A stretch of 62,794 nucleotides of DNA, filler included. It is 8 parts of 8 records of this genome, joined end to end, with 100 filler letters (N's around TTAATTAATTAA, not from the genome) between each part and the next. Parts side by side here need not be neighbours in the genome. Positions count along the whole stretch, not along the records: positions 7,514 to 17,978 come from SRR31147125_51670; positions 18,079 to 24,197 come from SRR31147125_51687; 6 more parts are not named here. The stretch is one strand, 5' to 3'. Numbering within the stretch: position 1 is the first letter of the stretch; every line of letters begins with the position of its first letter. Under the pieces are notes generated by a model that saw nothing but the letters and a program-made list of their open reading frames with translations, was not told the DNA's origin and made no database searches. The position numbers and the translations under genes are program-made. Shown here piece after piece: positions 10,226 to 19,933 of the stretch.

Positions 10226-11986
10226 TCAAAGCTCTTTTAACTTCAAGCCCAATTCATCCAGTTGCGCTTCATTAACATGACTGGGCGAACCATCCATTAA
10301 GGACATAGCACTGGCTGTCTTAGGAAAGGCTATCACATCTCGGATGGATTGACAACCACTCAATAACATAACCAGACGATCAAATCCAAAAGCAATACCT
10401 CCATGTGGTGGTGCACCATATTCCAAAGCTTCAAGCAGGAATCCAAATTTGTCATTTGCCTCCTTTTTATTTATACCCAAAGCTTCAAACATTTTGGATT
10501 GAACATCACGGTTAAATATACGTATGCTACCGCCTGCAATTTCATTACCATTTAATATCAAGTCATACGCTTTTGCTTTCACTTCTCCCGGATTTTTCAA
10601 GAGCTCATCCATATCAGTCGTATTTGGCGATGTAAATGGGTGATGTCGTGCCATATATCTGCCTTCTTCTGAAGAATACTCAAATAGTGGAAAATCAACA
10701 ACCCAGGCTAACTCGTACAGATCGGATTTAATCAGGTTTTCCTGATGTGCCATTTTTAGTCGTAAATCGCCAAGAACCGATAGCGCTAAATCTTTTTTAT
10801 CAGCGACAAACAATAAAAGGTCACCATCTTTGGCACCCATTCGAGAAATAATGAGTTTCCGTAATTCATCTTTAAAGAATTTATTTAACGGGCTCTCCCA
10901 ATCCCCTTCTTTTATTTTGATAGCCACCAGACCGGCAGCACCCAACTCTTTTACCCAATTTGTCAGATCATCTACCTGTTTTCGTGAATAAGTCGCACAA
11001 CCTGGAACACATATACCTGCCACCATATTTCCACTGGCAGCTGTCTCCTTAAAGACTTTAAATTCCGAATTCATCGCAAGGTCTGTTATATTTTCAATTT
11101 CTAAACCAAACCGTAAATCCGGCCTGTCATTGCCATAGCGCTGCATAGCCATATCAAAAGGTATTCGCTTGATTGGCAAGGTTATTTCTTTTCCAAGTAT
11201 TTCCTTCATAACAGTGGCCATCAAATTCTCAACCACCAAAAAGATATCTTCCTGATCAATAAAGGACATTTCAACATCAATTTGGGTAAATTCCGGTTGC
11301 CGATCTGCTCGTAAATCTTCGTCTCTAAAACACCGGACAATTTGAAAATACCGGTCAAAACCGGAAACCATTAAAAGTTGCTTGTATTGTTGTGGAGACT
11401 GCGGTAACGCAAAAAAACGTCCCTTCCACACCCGACTCGGTACCAGATAATCACGGGCACCTTCAGGCGTGCTTTTCATTAAAAAAGGAGTCTCTATTTC
11501 AACAAAATCATTACTGGCGAAATATTTCCGTACAATTTGGGCTAATTTATGTCTGAGGATCAGATTATCCCGCATATTAGGTCGGCGTAAATCCAAAAAC
11601 CTGTATTTTAAACGCAAATCCTCAGACGCGCCACTTTCACTGTTGATATGAAATGGTGGTGTAAGGGAAGTATTGAGGACTTTGAGTTCCTTGGCAGACA
11701 CCTCTACGGCACCCGTAATCAATTTTTCGTTGATCATATCATCTGGCCTGGGTTCAACGACTCCCTGAAAGGCCACCACATACTCGCTACGTATTTTTTT
11801 TGCTTCTTCGTAGGCATTCGAACTGGGATCAATCCGAATCTGGGTAATACCGTACCGGTCACGCAGATCTATAAATATCAGGCCGCCATGGTCCCTCCGT
11901 CGATCCACCCAGCCCATAACATTAACTTTTTTATTTATATCCTCTTTTCGTAAATCACCACAAGTATGTGTTCTTTTCCATTTCAT
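10226..11986 (-). CDS. aspS: Aspartate--tRNA ligase
   Basis: RTHTCG, RRDHGGLIFIDLRD, STPEGARDYLVPSR, FRDEDLRADRQPEFTQ and GAPPHGGIAFGFDR. Likely start MKWKRTH at 11986. Confidence 0.97.
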   Translation of the reverse strand: MKWKRTHTCGDLRKEDINKKVNVMGWVDRRRDHGGLIFIDLRDRYGITQIRIDPSSNAYEEAKKIRSEYVVAFQGVVEPRPDDMINEKLITGAVEVSAKELKVLNTSLTPPFHINSESGASEDLRLKYRFLDLRRPNMRDNLILRHKLAQIVRKYFASNDFVEIETPFLMKSTPEGARDYLVPSRVWKGRFFALPQSPQQYKQLLMVSGFDRYFQIVRCFRDEDLRADRQPEFTQIDVEMSFIDQEDIFLVVENLMATVMKEILGKEITLPIKRIPFDMAMQRYGNDRPDLRFGLEIENITDLAMNSEFKVFKETAASGNMVAGICVPGCATYSRKQVDDLTNWVKELGAAGLVAIKIKEGDWESPLNKFFKDELRKLIISRMGAKDGDLLLFVADKKDLALSVLGDLRLKMAHQENLIKSDLYELAWVVDFPLFEYSSEEGRYMARHHPFTSPNTTDMDELLKNPGEVKAKAYDLILNGNEIAGGSIRIFNRDVQSKMFEALGINKKEANDKFGFLLEALEYGAPPHGGIAFGFDRLVMLLSGCQSIRDVIAFPKTASAMSLMDGSPSHVNEAQLDELGLKLKEL

Positions 11987-12128
11987 ATTTTCAATCCTGT
12001 CTTCCTTTAATTTGCTCGTAACATCCGTCAAGCTATATTGGCATAACGGGTTTTTATTATAAAATATATTTATTCCGGGAATGTGTATTTCAAAAGATGA
12101 GAATCATGTTATTCTTAATGAGAATAGA

Positions 12129-13262
12129 TTAAAAGCCAAATGTATACACTTGTCTAAAGGTTGCATTCCCCAATGAGGGATCAATAGCACCAAAATCATC
12201 CCATCGACTAATTCTGGAAAGAACACATCTTTCCACGCTCTCACTTTTAATGGTGGAAGAAATGATAGTAGGTTTGATAACTTTACCTTCGGGAGTAATC
12301 GTAAATCGTACGGCAATTTTACCTTTTAAATCTGGTTTTCGCTTTAGTTCTCTTTCATAACAATATTGTATAGCTGCACTGTGCGCATTCACAATGGAGG
12401 ACACTTTACTCATATCTCTTGCACCAGAAGCAAACGCGGAACCATCGATCTCTTCACCCTCCTGTAGCAAAGGTGAAAGATCTGATACCATCAGATCTGT
12501 TGTCCTCACAGGTTTGGTACCCTGAGCTTCTCCAAGAGCTGAAACTGAGGCATCAATTGAACCACCATCTGTTCGACGCTGACCTCTGGCCTCACCCGCT
12601 CTTCCTGTACCGCCACTACCAGAGCCTGGTTGACCAGTACCTCTTGAAGATGTACCAGAAGTACTCAAACGATCTATATTTTCAAAAACCTTTTTGTAAT
12701 TTTGATTTGCTTCACCGGATTCTCCCAATACATCAGCCACTGCTCCTTCGGCATTACCCTGAGGTCCTGTCAGAACAGCAAGAATACCCTGACCAGCAAC
12801 ACTTTGTTCCACTGCCTGCTGCCTGCTGACTCTGGATCCACCGGAACCACCATTCGTTCCCGCCTGTTCATCGCCAGAACCGTCACCTTGCGTATCCTGC
12901 GCTGATGGCGCTCTGCGTTCACCACTTTGGTTGCTTGTGGATCCGGAAGAGGATTCGCGTTCACTTTGCACTCCAGCTGCCCGGGACTGCATCTGACTTG
13001 CTCGCATCTTCTCAGCAATAGAGGTTAATTCAGCATCCCGATCGAGCACCAAATTAGCAAATTGATTCTGGATACTCGTAATGGTTTTCTGTTGAATCTG
13101 AATCGGCAAAGGATTCAAAACAAAATACCCGATAATACCATAATGAAACACAAAAGATATGGCTAATATCAGGAGAAAGTTTCGATCATAATCTTCAAAA
13201 TAGTTCTTATGATATTCTTTTGGTAACGTCGTTTCTATGACAATGTTCCTCCATATATACAA
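12129..13262 (-). CDS. TonB-like protein with AgmX/PglI C-terminal domain (GltG-like)
   Basis: Single N-terminal TM containing His (SFVFHYG), Gly/Ser-rich linker, C-terminal IQYCYERELKRKPDLKGKIAVRFTITPEGKV...VERCV...W typical of the AgmX/GltG TonB_C domain. Confidence 0.85.
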   Translation of the reverse strand: MYIWRNIVIETTLPKEYHKNYFEDYDRNFLLILAISFVFHYGIIGYFVLNPLPIQIQQKTITSIQNQFANLVLDRDAELTSIAEKMRASQMQSRAAGVQSERESSSGSTSNQSGERRAPSAQDTQGDGSGDEQAGTNGGSGGSRVSRQQAVEQSVAGQGILAVLTGPQGNAEGAVADVLGESGEANQNYKKVFENIDRLSTSGTSSRGTGQPGSGSGGTGRAGEARGQRRTDGGSIDASVSALGEAQGTKPVRTTDLMVSDLSPLLQEGEEIDGSAFASGARDMSKVSSIVNAHSAAIQYCYERELKRKPDLKGKIAVRFTITPEGKVIKPTIISSTIKSESVERCVLSRISRWDDFGAIDPSLGNATFRQVYTFGF

Positions 13263-13291
13263 AGAGGAATAATTACATTTCTATTTAGTAA

Positions 13292-13783
13292 TTACCCCTG
13301 CTGCTGATATACAACCAATCTCATATTCGGATAGTCTGACTTGCCACAGGTAGCCATTACTTTTAGTATTGTACTAAAAGGCAATTTTTTATCACCCTGA
13401 ATTGTGACTTTTCCTGAAAATTTTACTCCATATGTTTCTTCCATTTTCTTTGCCTCATCAGCGTATTGATTTAAAACCAGACTTAACGGCTCAATTATGA
13501 GACCCTGGTTATCGATGGCATCGACAATGGTCACTATAGGATTATTATTGACCATGATCCACTCCTGCGAGACAGTCACATCCAGAGCTATCTCCGGAGG
13601 ATTCTCAACGTTGGAGGTAGGAAGTGTCAAATTTTCAGAAGGATGAATTAATTGTCCTTCGGTGGAATACGTTTTCAACAAAAAAACGAGTATTATTGTA
13701 AACATGTCCATCATTGAGGTAAGATTCAATGTTACCTTTGGACTTGTTTGGTGTTTCTTTATTCGTGATGGAATAAAAGCCAT
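13292..13783 (-). CDS. exbD: ExbD/TolR family protein (AglS-like)
   Basis: LNLTSMMDMFTIILVFLLK TM with the conserved Asp; IQGDKKLPF. Confidence 0.88.
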   Translation of the reverse strand: MAFIPSRIKKHQTSPKVTLNLTSMMDMFTIILVFLLKTYSTEGQLIHPSENLTLPTSNVENPPEIALDVTVSQEWIMVNNNPIVTIVDAIDNQGLIIEPLSLVLNQYADEAKKMEETYGVKFSGKVTIQGDKKLPFSTILKVMATCGKSDYPNMRLVVYQQQG

Positions 13784-13823
13784 TTAATATTCCTTGTCTT
13801 AATAGACAAAACAAAATAAAATT

Positions 13824-14360
13824 TTACAAAATACCAGCACTGATAACGACCTGGGGAAATAGCTCAACATTCACATCATTAATCCGGAACGATCGAGCTG
13901 CATCCATTGCACTCACTAAAATCTGATATTCAATATCTGCTTCAGCCTGAAGAATGATTCTCTTGGTATCCAGCGAAGTACCTATGATTTTCTCCTTTAC
14001 CTCGTAAAGTTTTTGACCAAGAAGTTGATAATCATATTCTCCTTGCGGGAGTTTTCCAATGGTTGGTGCACCAGTTTCCGGTTCTTTCAGTACGGCCTGT
14101 GAACTCGAAAGGTAAAACCCGTCTGAGGCAATTGTAATCGTCAAATCTAAACTTTTCTGGACTTCCTTTGGGATTGCGTTTTCTGTAATCGTTCCACCGA
14201 CTGCTTGAGGGAGATTCAATTCGATTACACCTATTTTTATAGCCGTTGCCGTTGAAAGTAATAACGGTACCAGTACGACCATCAGATTCATCATTGGAAA
14301 GATATTCATTTCCAAAGGTTTTATCGATCTGCTACTTCTTTTGGATGGTCGAAAAGCCAT
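13824..14360 (-). CDS. exbD: ExbD/TolR family protein (AglQ-like)
   Basis: MNIFPMMNLMVVLVPLLL TM (Asn at the usual Asp position); YQILVSAMDAAR...LFPQV. Confidence 0.85.
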   Translation of the reverse strand: MAFRPSKRSSRSIKPLEMNIFPMMNLMVVLVPLLLSTATAIKIGVIELNLPQAVGGTITENAIPKEVQKSLDLTITIASDGFYLSSSQAVLKEPETGAPTIGKLPQGEYDYQLLGQKLYEVKEKIIGTSLDTKRIILQAEADIEYQILVSAMDAARSFRINDVNVELFPQVVISAGIL

Positions 14361-14362
14361 AA

Positions 14363-15016
14363 TTAACGATTCCCAGTCAAGAGGTTAATAAATTTTACCG
14401 TATGCTCGTCAATTTCATCAATTATCTTACTCGTTTTACTGTTCAATACGGTATAAAATAAAATCGCGGGGACGGCTATTATAAGACCTGTCAAGGTTGT
14501 ATTCATGGCTGTCGATATACCGGCTGCGAGCAATCTGGCCTTTTCAGTTGGATCAATTCCTGGGGCAGAAACAGCTCTAAAGGACATGATAAGACCATAG
14601 ATCGTACCCATTAAACCAATCAAGGTTGAAATGTTGGCAAGCATAGCAAGATAATGCGTCCGCTCCTGCAATTTGGGGATAACCTCTAACATCCCTTCAT
14701 CAACCGAATTTTGGATGGTACGAAAATCAACCTCATCCCTTCCCGCAACAGCTTTTAATCCTGATCCAACGACTTTTGGCAACGCACGATCCTTGGCTAA
14801 TGCACAAAGCTTCATAGCTCCGTCATACTTGCCTGCTGTCACAAGTTTCCGAATCTCTGCCATAAATTTAGGTGCATTTATATCACTTTTTATCAGTATG
14901 TAGATTCCACGCTCGATAGCTATCGCCACTGTAAAGATCGCTGGTATCATCAGAATCCACATGAATTGCCAACCTGCAACCTCTGGGCTAAAGTTTCTGA
15001 GGATTTCTGACATCAA
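14363..15016 (-). CDS. exbB: MotA/TolQ/ExbB proton channel (AglR-like)
   Basis: LANISTLIGLMGTIYGLIMSF, LAAGISTAMNTTLTGLIIAVP. Confidence 0.9.
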   Translation of the reverse strand: MMSEILRNFSPEVAGWQFMWILMIPAIFTVAIAIERGIYILIKSDINAPKFMAEIRKLVTAGKYDGAMKLCALAKDRALPKVVGSGLKAVAGRDEVDFRTIQNSVDEGMLEVIPKLQERTHYLAMLANISTLIGLMGTIYGLIMSFRAVSAPGIDPTEKARLLAAGISTAMNTTLTGLIIAVPAILFYTVLNSKTSKIIDEIDEHTVKFINLLTGNR

Positions 15017-15076
15017 AACCTCCCTGCACTGTCACATTAATGTTTAGTTAATTAATTATTTTGATTTAAAATAAAT

Positions 15077-15463
15077 TTATTTAATCTCTTTCGCAAGTAA
15101 ATTTTTTAATTTCTTTATTCTTTTTCCACTTTCAAACTCTTTTCCAAATTCGGAAAGAATTTCAGGCTTGGATTTGAGCTCTTTATCAAAAGATCTCTGC
15201 TCTAATTCCTTTGTTGCAATTTGTGTCTCTGATTTTTTAGGAATCAACGTGACACTTGGCTTCTCTACAACAGCCTCTATTCTGATGGTCTCTAAAACCT
15301 GCTCCTCATATTCGGAGGGCCTTTGTCCGAACGAAATCATGGATGTAACCTCTACCGAATCCGAATTGGCATCCTGATCCAACGTTTGGGAATAAGAAAA
15401 ACGAAAAGGTATTAATATTGCCATCAATACAAAGCAGGAAATTATTTTTCGATATATTTTCAT
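15077..15463 (-). CDS. Small secreted protein, GltF/CglF-like
   Basis: Signal peptide and the motif LETIRIEAVVEKPSVTLIPKK...RSF; located between the TPR gene and the ExbB gene. Confidence 0.55.
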   Translation of the reverse strand: MKIYRKIISCFVLMAILIPFRFSYSQTLDQDANSDSVEVTSMISFGQRPSEYEEQVLETIRIEAVVEKPSVTLIPKKSETQIATKELEQRSFDKELKSKPEILSEFGKEFESGKRIKKLKNLLAKEIK

Positions 15464-15474
15464 AAATTTACCTC

Positions 15475-17976
15475 TTATGGTATACGACCTTGCTCAATGA
15501 TCATTTTTTCTTGCACATCTTTATTGGTTAATTCAGGTCGTAAGGATTCTAACTTTGATTCCCACTCTGGCAGACTCTTTAGCTCAATTGTAGCATTTAA
15601 TCCCTTGTAATTCTTCTCCTTATCATGGACTTCCAGAGCCACAACATTGGCTCCTTTGACCAATAATTCAGATAAATCAAAATCACCCGAATAAAGACTA
15701 TCCGCTGATAATCCTCTGTGTATCAAATCACCATTAAAATACAGATTAAATACCTGTTCTGCGTAAATATTTATCGTACATGCAACCGGTAAGCCCCTTA
15801 CTGAAAACATTTTACGCAAAAAAAGCTGATTCACTGGTTCCGTTTCCACAACCGGTGGTATGACTGAAATCACATTCTGTGAATCTGAAGGCGATTCTGA
15901 GGCTTTTACCAGGTACAACCAGTAATTTGAGCTTGACATATCATCTTTTACTAACATCGCATTTTGCCATGTTGATGCATTAAAACCTGGATTTATCCAT
16001 CCTTCATAATAAACAGGAGACGCTTTCCAGGTTGAATCTATCTTGACAATTGTATTTTCAAGATTCAAATCCAGCAACGTTGCATATTTTTCAGGATCAA
16101 ATCTGACAAGTTGAAATGTCAGGTTTTTGTAAAAAATATTATCGATTGCCAGCTCTTTACCAAGATTATATCCCTCCTCCAAAATGTTTCGCTCCAGATC
16201 ACGAAAGGCAAAATAGTTACTCTCGAAAGTGAAGAGACCTTCTTCGTAAACAATATTATTCGATTTTACAAAATCATTTCTCGACTGATCAGCCCGTCTT
16301 TTTGCATCCCGGCTTAACGAATCACATTTTAAAGAAAAATGAAACAAGGAAGACATTAAGGAATCTTTACTGCTCACAAGGTATTCTTCTTCTATACCGA
16401 GATTTTCAGCTAATAATATCGTCTCCTTGTATTTATTTTTAGCAACAGATATCGTCGAATCACTAAACTCAATTGTGTTCGCTAAATCGTCTGACTGGTC
16501 CTGGATTGGACCCATAATATCTTCAAACGATTTGTTGCTATAAATGAGATTATAAAATCCCTCAAACTCTTCCTTAACAAGATCCAATCCTGCCATGGAT
16601 AAAGTGGCGTATTGATTCGGGATAATATTTTTGGTGTCAATCAGCTTTTGTTTTGATAATGTTACCCATTGTGATTCAATAGAAAAAGAATCGGCCTCAA
16701 CCAGGTTTTTCCGGTGAGCTTCAAGTGCTTCAGAAATAAGCGGCTCAACCGCTTTATCAAGAACCTGGTTACGATAGACTAATGTTGGAAATGGCCCTAA
16801 TCCTGACGGTATGGGCGCATTCATCACGGATCTCGCTGAGTTGAGACTCAACTCCGCTATTTCATAATTGACAGATGCGAGCCCGGATTTTGCCTTGTTG
16901 ATCCACTTGTCCGCTATCCGTAGCGTACTATCCTGAGAAACAACAGCCGTTGTATCCAGCGTGACAGCACCCAGGGTATCCTTTGTGGCTTCCTCAAAAA
17001 GTGTTTTTTGATAGGTCTCTGCCAATCGGCCGAGTGAAACAATACCACTACGATAGGCATTTCCAGACTTTTCGTACAACAATGCAGCGGCATCATTCAC
17101 TTCTTTACTGGCAACAATTGAGCGGGTTGGCTCCATTTCCGGGATTTCCTGCCCCGCCCATGTAAGAGCAAATTCCTGATAAGCGGCTCCAACCATATAT
17201 GTTGCTTCATAAACCCGGTAAGTTCCAAAAGATGAACAATTTCCCAAATGCCTTACAATTTCTAACAATAAATCCTTTTTTCGGTCTTTCTTACGGGAAA
17301 GTTCTGACTCTGGCATTATGAATTTGATCTGCTCAAATTCACTGAATTTAAGTTTTGCTATTGCAAGTTCAGATTCAGCTGCAAAATAATCCGTTTGCTC
17401 TTTATCATCAGCAACAAACTTTTTACTTCGTGCTATCGCTTTACGATATTCAATAATAGCATTTTTATCTTTACCGAACTTTTGAAAATATTGCCCGCGT
17501 CTGAAAAAGGCATTCACTACCAATGGGGATTCCGGATAGGTCTGAACCATCTTTAACAATGCGTCCTGAGCTTGCTCTTCTTCATTTTCTTTTTTATGAA
17601 AATCCGCGATTTCAAAAGCCAGATCATCTGCCACGTCATCCTGTGGAAACCGTTGCAGAAACAGCTGATTTGCTCCTATAGCACTCTTCCAGTTTTCCGC
17701 TCTTACAAAATAATAACTGGCATTATACAAAGCATCTCTGGCTTTTTCTTCATCAGGATGAATCGTTGATAATTTTTCATATGTCAATGCCGCGTTATTA
17801 AAATCTTTTAATTCAACATAATCAAACGCTAAATTGTTTTTAGCATCAAAAATATAACCCGAAACAGGGTGCGTAGCTATCAAATAATTATATGTCTCAA
17901 TAGCTCGCATGAACTCACTTGCTTTATCATATTCCAATGCAGCATTAAATAACGCCAGGTCAGCGAATTCACTCCG
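15475..17976 (-). CDS. Large TPR protein (GltD/E-like) with C-terminal beta-sandwich, 5' truncated
   Basis: Repeated TPR units (FLQRFPQDDVADD, YPESPLVVNAFFRRG). The C-terminal LRKMF...LYFNG...LVKGANVVALEV looks galactose-binding-like. The frame is open to the contig edge. Confidence 0.75.
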   Translation of the reverse strand, partial: RSEFADLALFNAALEYDKASEFMRAIETYNYLIATHPVSGYIFDAKNNLAFDYVELKDFNNAALTYEKLSTIHPDEEKARDALYNASYYFVRAENWKSAIGANQLFLQRFPQDDVADDLAFEIADFHKKENEEEQAQDALLKMVQTYPESPLVVNAFFRRGQYFQKFGKDKNAIIEYRKAIARSKKFVADDKEQTDYFAAESELAIAKLKFSEFEQIKFIMPESELSRKKDRKKDLLLEIVRHLGNCSSFGTYRVYEATYMVGAAYQEFALTWAGQEIPEMEPTRSIVASKEVNDAAALLYEKSGNAYRSGIVSLGRLAETYQKTLFEEATKDTLGAVTLDTTAVVSQDSTLRIADKWINKAKSGLASVNYEIAELSLNSARSVMNAPIPSGLGPFPTLVYRNQVLDKAVEPLISEALEAHRKNLVEADSFSIESQWVTLSKQKLIDTKNIIPNQYATLSMAGLDLVKEEFEGFYNLIYSNKSFEDIMGPIQDQSDDLANTIEFSDSTISVAKNKYKETILLAENLGIEEEYLVSSKDSLMSSLFHFSLKCDSLSRDAKRRADQSRNDFVKSNNIVYEEGLFTFESNYFAFRDLERNILEEGYNLGKELAIDNIFYKNLTFQLVRFDPEKYATLLDLNLENTIVKIDSTWKASPVYYEGWINPGFNASTWQNAMLVKDDMSSSNYWLYLVKASESPSDSQNVISVIPPVVETEPVNQLFLRKMFSVRGLPVACTINIYAEQVFNLYFNGDLIHRGLSADSLYSGDFDLSELLVKGANVVALEVHDKEKNYKGLNATIELKSLPEWESKLESLRPELTNKDVQEKMIIEQGRIP

Positions 17977-17978
17977 GG

Positions 17979-18078
17979 NNNNNNNNNNNNNNNNNNNNNN
18001 NNNNNNNNNNNNNNNNNNNNNNTTAATTAATTAANNNNNNNNNNNNNNNNNNNNNNNNNNNNNNNNNNNNNNNNNNNN
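17979..18078. other. Artificial contig linker
   Basis: 44 N + TTAATTAATTAA + 44 N. Confidence 0.98.
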
Positions 18079-18121
18079 TATTGGTAGTTTTTCAGTTTCT
18101 AAATTTAGAATTGTAGCTTTT

Positions 18122-18156
18122 AAAAAAGTAAGGAACAGACCAAGCCTGCTCCTTAC
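18122..18156 (-). terminator. Rho-independent terminator after susD
   Basis: Minus strand GTAAGGAGCAGGC-TTG-GTCTGTTCCTTAC-TTTTTT. Confidence 0.8.
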
Positions 18157-18182
18157 AAAAACAATATTATTATAATAAATTA

Positions 18183-19922
18183 CTAATAACCCGGATTTTG
18201 AAATAAATTCGGATTCTTATCAATTTCACTTTTAGGTATAGGCATCCAATACATGGCTGGAGCATTAAAAAGACGCTGTTCTACAAGAACTCCTGGAGTA
18301 TATGTTTTTGTACCATCCGTTTGCAATACGATTTCAATACCCGTTGCATTACGATTTAAAACATCTTCTGCGATTAACCAACGACGAACATCGAAAAAGC
18401 GATGTTCTTCAAAGCACATTTCTACCCGGCGTTCATTGATTATACGCTCCCAAAGAGCATCGCCTGCATCAGTCACATCTGGCATTTTCGCCCTGCTTCT
18501 AATTACATTTAATGCTTCACGTGCTTCACCTTCATTTCCCATTTGATAAAGTGCTTCAGCATAATTCAGGTATTGCTCACCCAATCGAAACCAAATCCAG
18601 TTTTTAGGGTTTGGAAAATTCCAGCTATTTGGCGAGTAAGTCTCGTCCATAAACTTACGAATATTATATCCAGATTTACTTGCATTCCAACTGTCTTGAC
18701 CATACTTGGTGTCTTTCCCTCCACCAATAATTTCACCAGCAGCATCAGCGATCAAAAATGTTTCAATATTTCTTTCATGCCATGGATCTTCATCTGAAAG
18801 AACTGAAGCATACAACCGAGCATCACGGTTTGCATAAGGATTTGCTTTATGCTCCGGGTTACTCCAGCTAAATTTAGTTCCATCTGCCATCTCAAAATCA
18901 TCAACAAATTCTGCAATTGGAGTATTACCACCCCATTGTCCGTAACCATTTGGTCCATTTGACTGATCAAGATAAGACAAGCTTGTACCATCAGAACTAG
19001 GTCCACCTTGCCTATCAAAAATCACTTCACTGTTTCCCCCTTCCAAAAAGAGTTGGGTATAATTGGTTTTTACATCATCATAATTATTATAGAGTGCATA
19101 TCCGTTCTGCAATGCTGCATCAATACATGCTTTTGCAGCGTTTGCAGCCTTTTCCCAACGATTTGCATCAGGTGCTGAATATCCAACAAGTTCATTAACT
19201 CCAGATTTATTCATTAAAGGGCTGGCAGCATACAGCAACATTCTTGACTTAAGCGCTAGTGCAGAAATTTTTGTAGCTCTCCCTACATTCCCTCCAGAAT
19301 AACTAGCAGGCAATAAACCAGCGGCTTTATCGCATTCAGAAACAATAAAATCAACATTATCTTTATAAGAATCACGAGTCACATTTAGAAACTCCTCACG
19401 ATCGGCCAAAGTATAAGCTTTCGTAATTATTGGCATACCACCCCAGCGAGCTACAAGGTCAAAATAAATTAACGCACGGATAAATGTAACTTCACCAATA
19501 AGTCTGTTTTTAAATGACTCATCAGCAAATTCGACTTCGTCAACGCGATCAAAGAATACATTACAGTTACTAATATTATTCCATTCGTGCGACCATGAAC
19601 GATTATCCCATCCCCACCAAGCACCATTCATACGGCCTAAATCGGATGGACTAACAAAACCTTGGGTGTAAGGTTCGCAACCACGTGACCAGGTTAAGTA
19701 AGTTTCATCGACAACAGAACTTTGCCAAGATTCCGCCCAACCATGTCCAATCTGATTATAACGAGCATTTACAAATGATTCGACTAAATTTGGATCTGTC
19801 CAAACAGCATCTTCTGATATTTCAGACAAAGGTGCTTTATCCAGAATATCTTCCTGAGAGCAAGAGTTAAGTAAGAAAATTAACAGCCCTGCAAACAATA
19901 TATGTATCTTCCTTAATTTCAT
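18183..19922 (-). CDS. susD: RagB/SusD family glycan-binding lipoprotein
   Basis: Lipobox LNSC, GEVTFIRALIYF, FRLGEQYLNYAEA, ERRVEMCFEEHRFFDVRRW and QNPGY terminus. Confidence 0.95.
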   Translation of the reverse strand: MKLRKIHILFAGLLIFLLNSCSQEDILDKAPLSEISEDAVWTDPNLVESFVNARYNQIGHGWAESWQSSVVDETYLTWSRGCEPYTQGFVSPSDLGRMNGAWWGWDNRSWSHEWNNISNCNVFFDRVDEVEFADESFKNRLIGEVTFIRALIYFDLVARWGGMPIITKAYTLADREEFLNVTRDSYKDNVDFIVSECDKAAGLLPASYSGGNVGRATKISALALKSRMLLYAASPLMNKSGVNELVGYSAPDANRWEKAANAAKACIDAALQNGYALYNNYDDVKTNYTQLFLEGGNSEVIFDRQGGPSSDGTSLSYLDQSNGPNGYGQWGGNTPIAEFVDDFEMADGTKFSWSNPEHKANPYANRDARLYASVLSDEDPWHERNIETFLIADAAGEIIGGGKDTKYGQDSWNASKSGYNIRKFMDETYSPNSWNFPNPKNWIWFRLGEQYLNYAEALYQMGNEGEAREALNVIRSRAKMPDVTDAGDALWERIINERRVEMCFEEHRFFDVRRWLIAEDVLNRNATGIEIVLQTDGTKTYTPGVLVEQRLFNAPAMYWMPIPKSEIDKNPNLFQNPGY

Positions 19923-19933
19923 AACAATACAAT

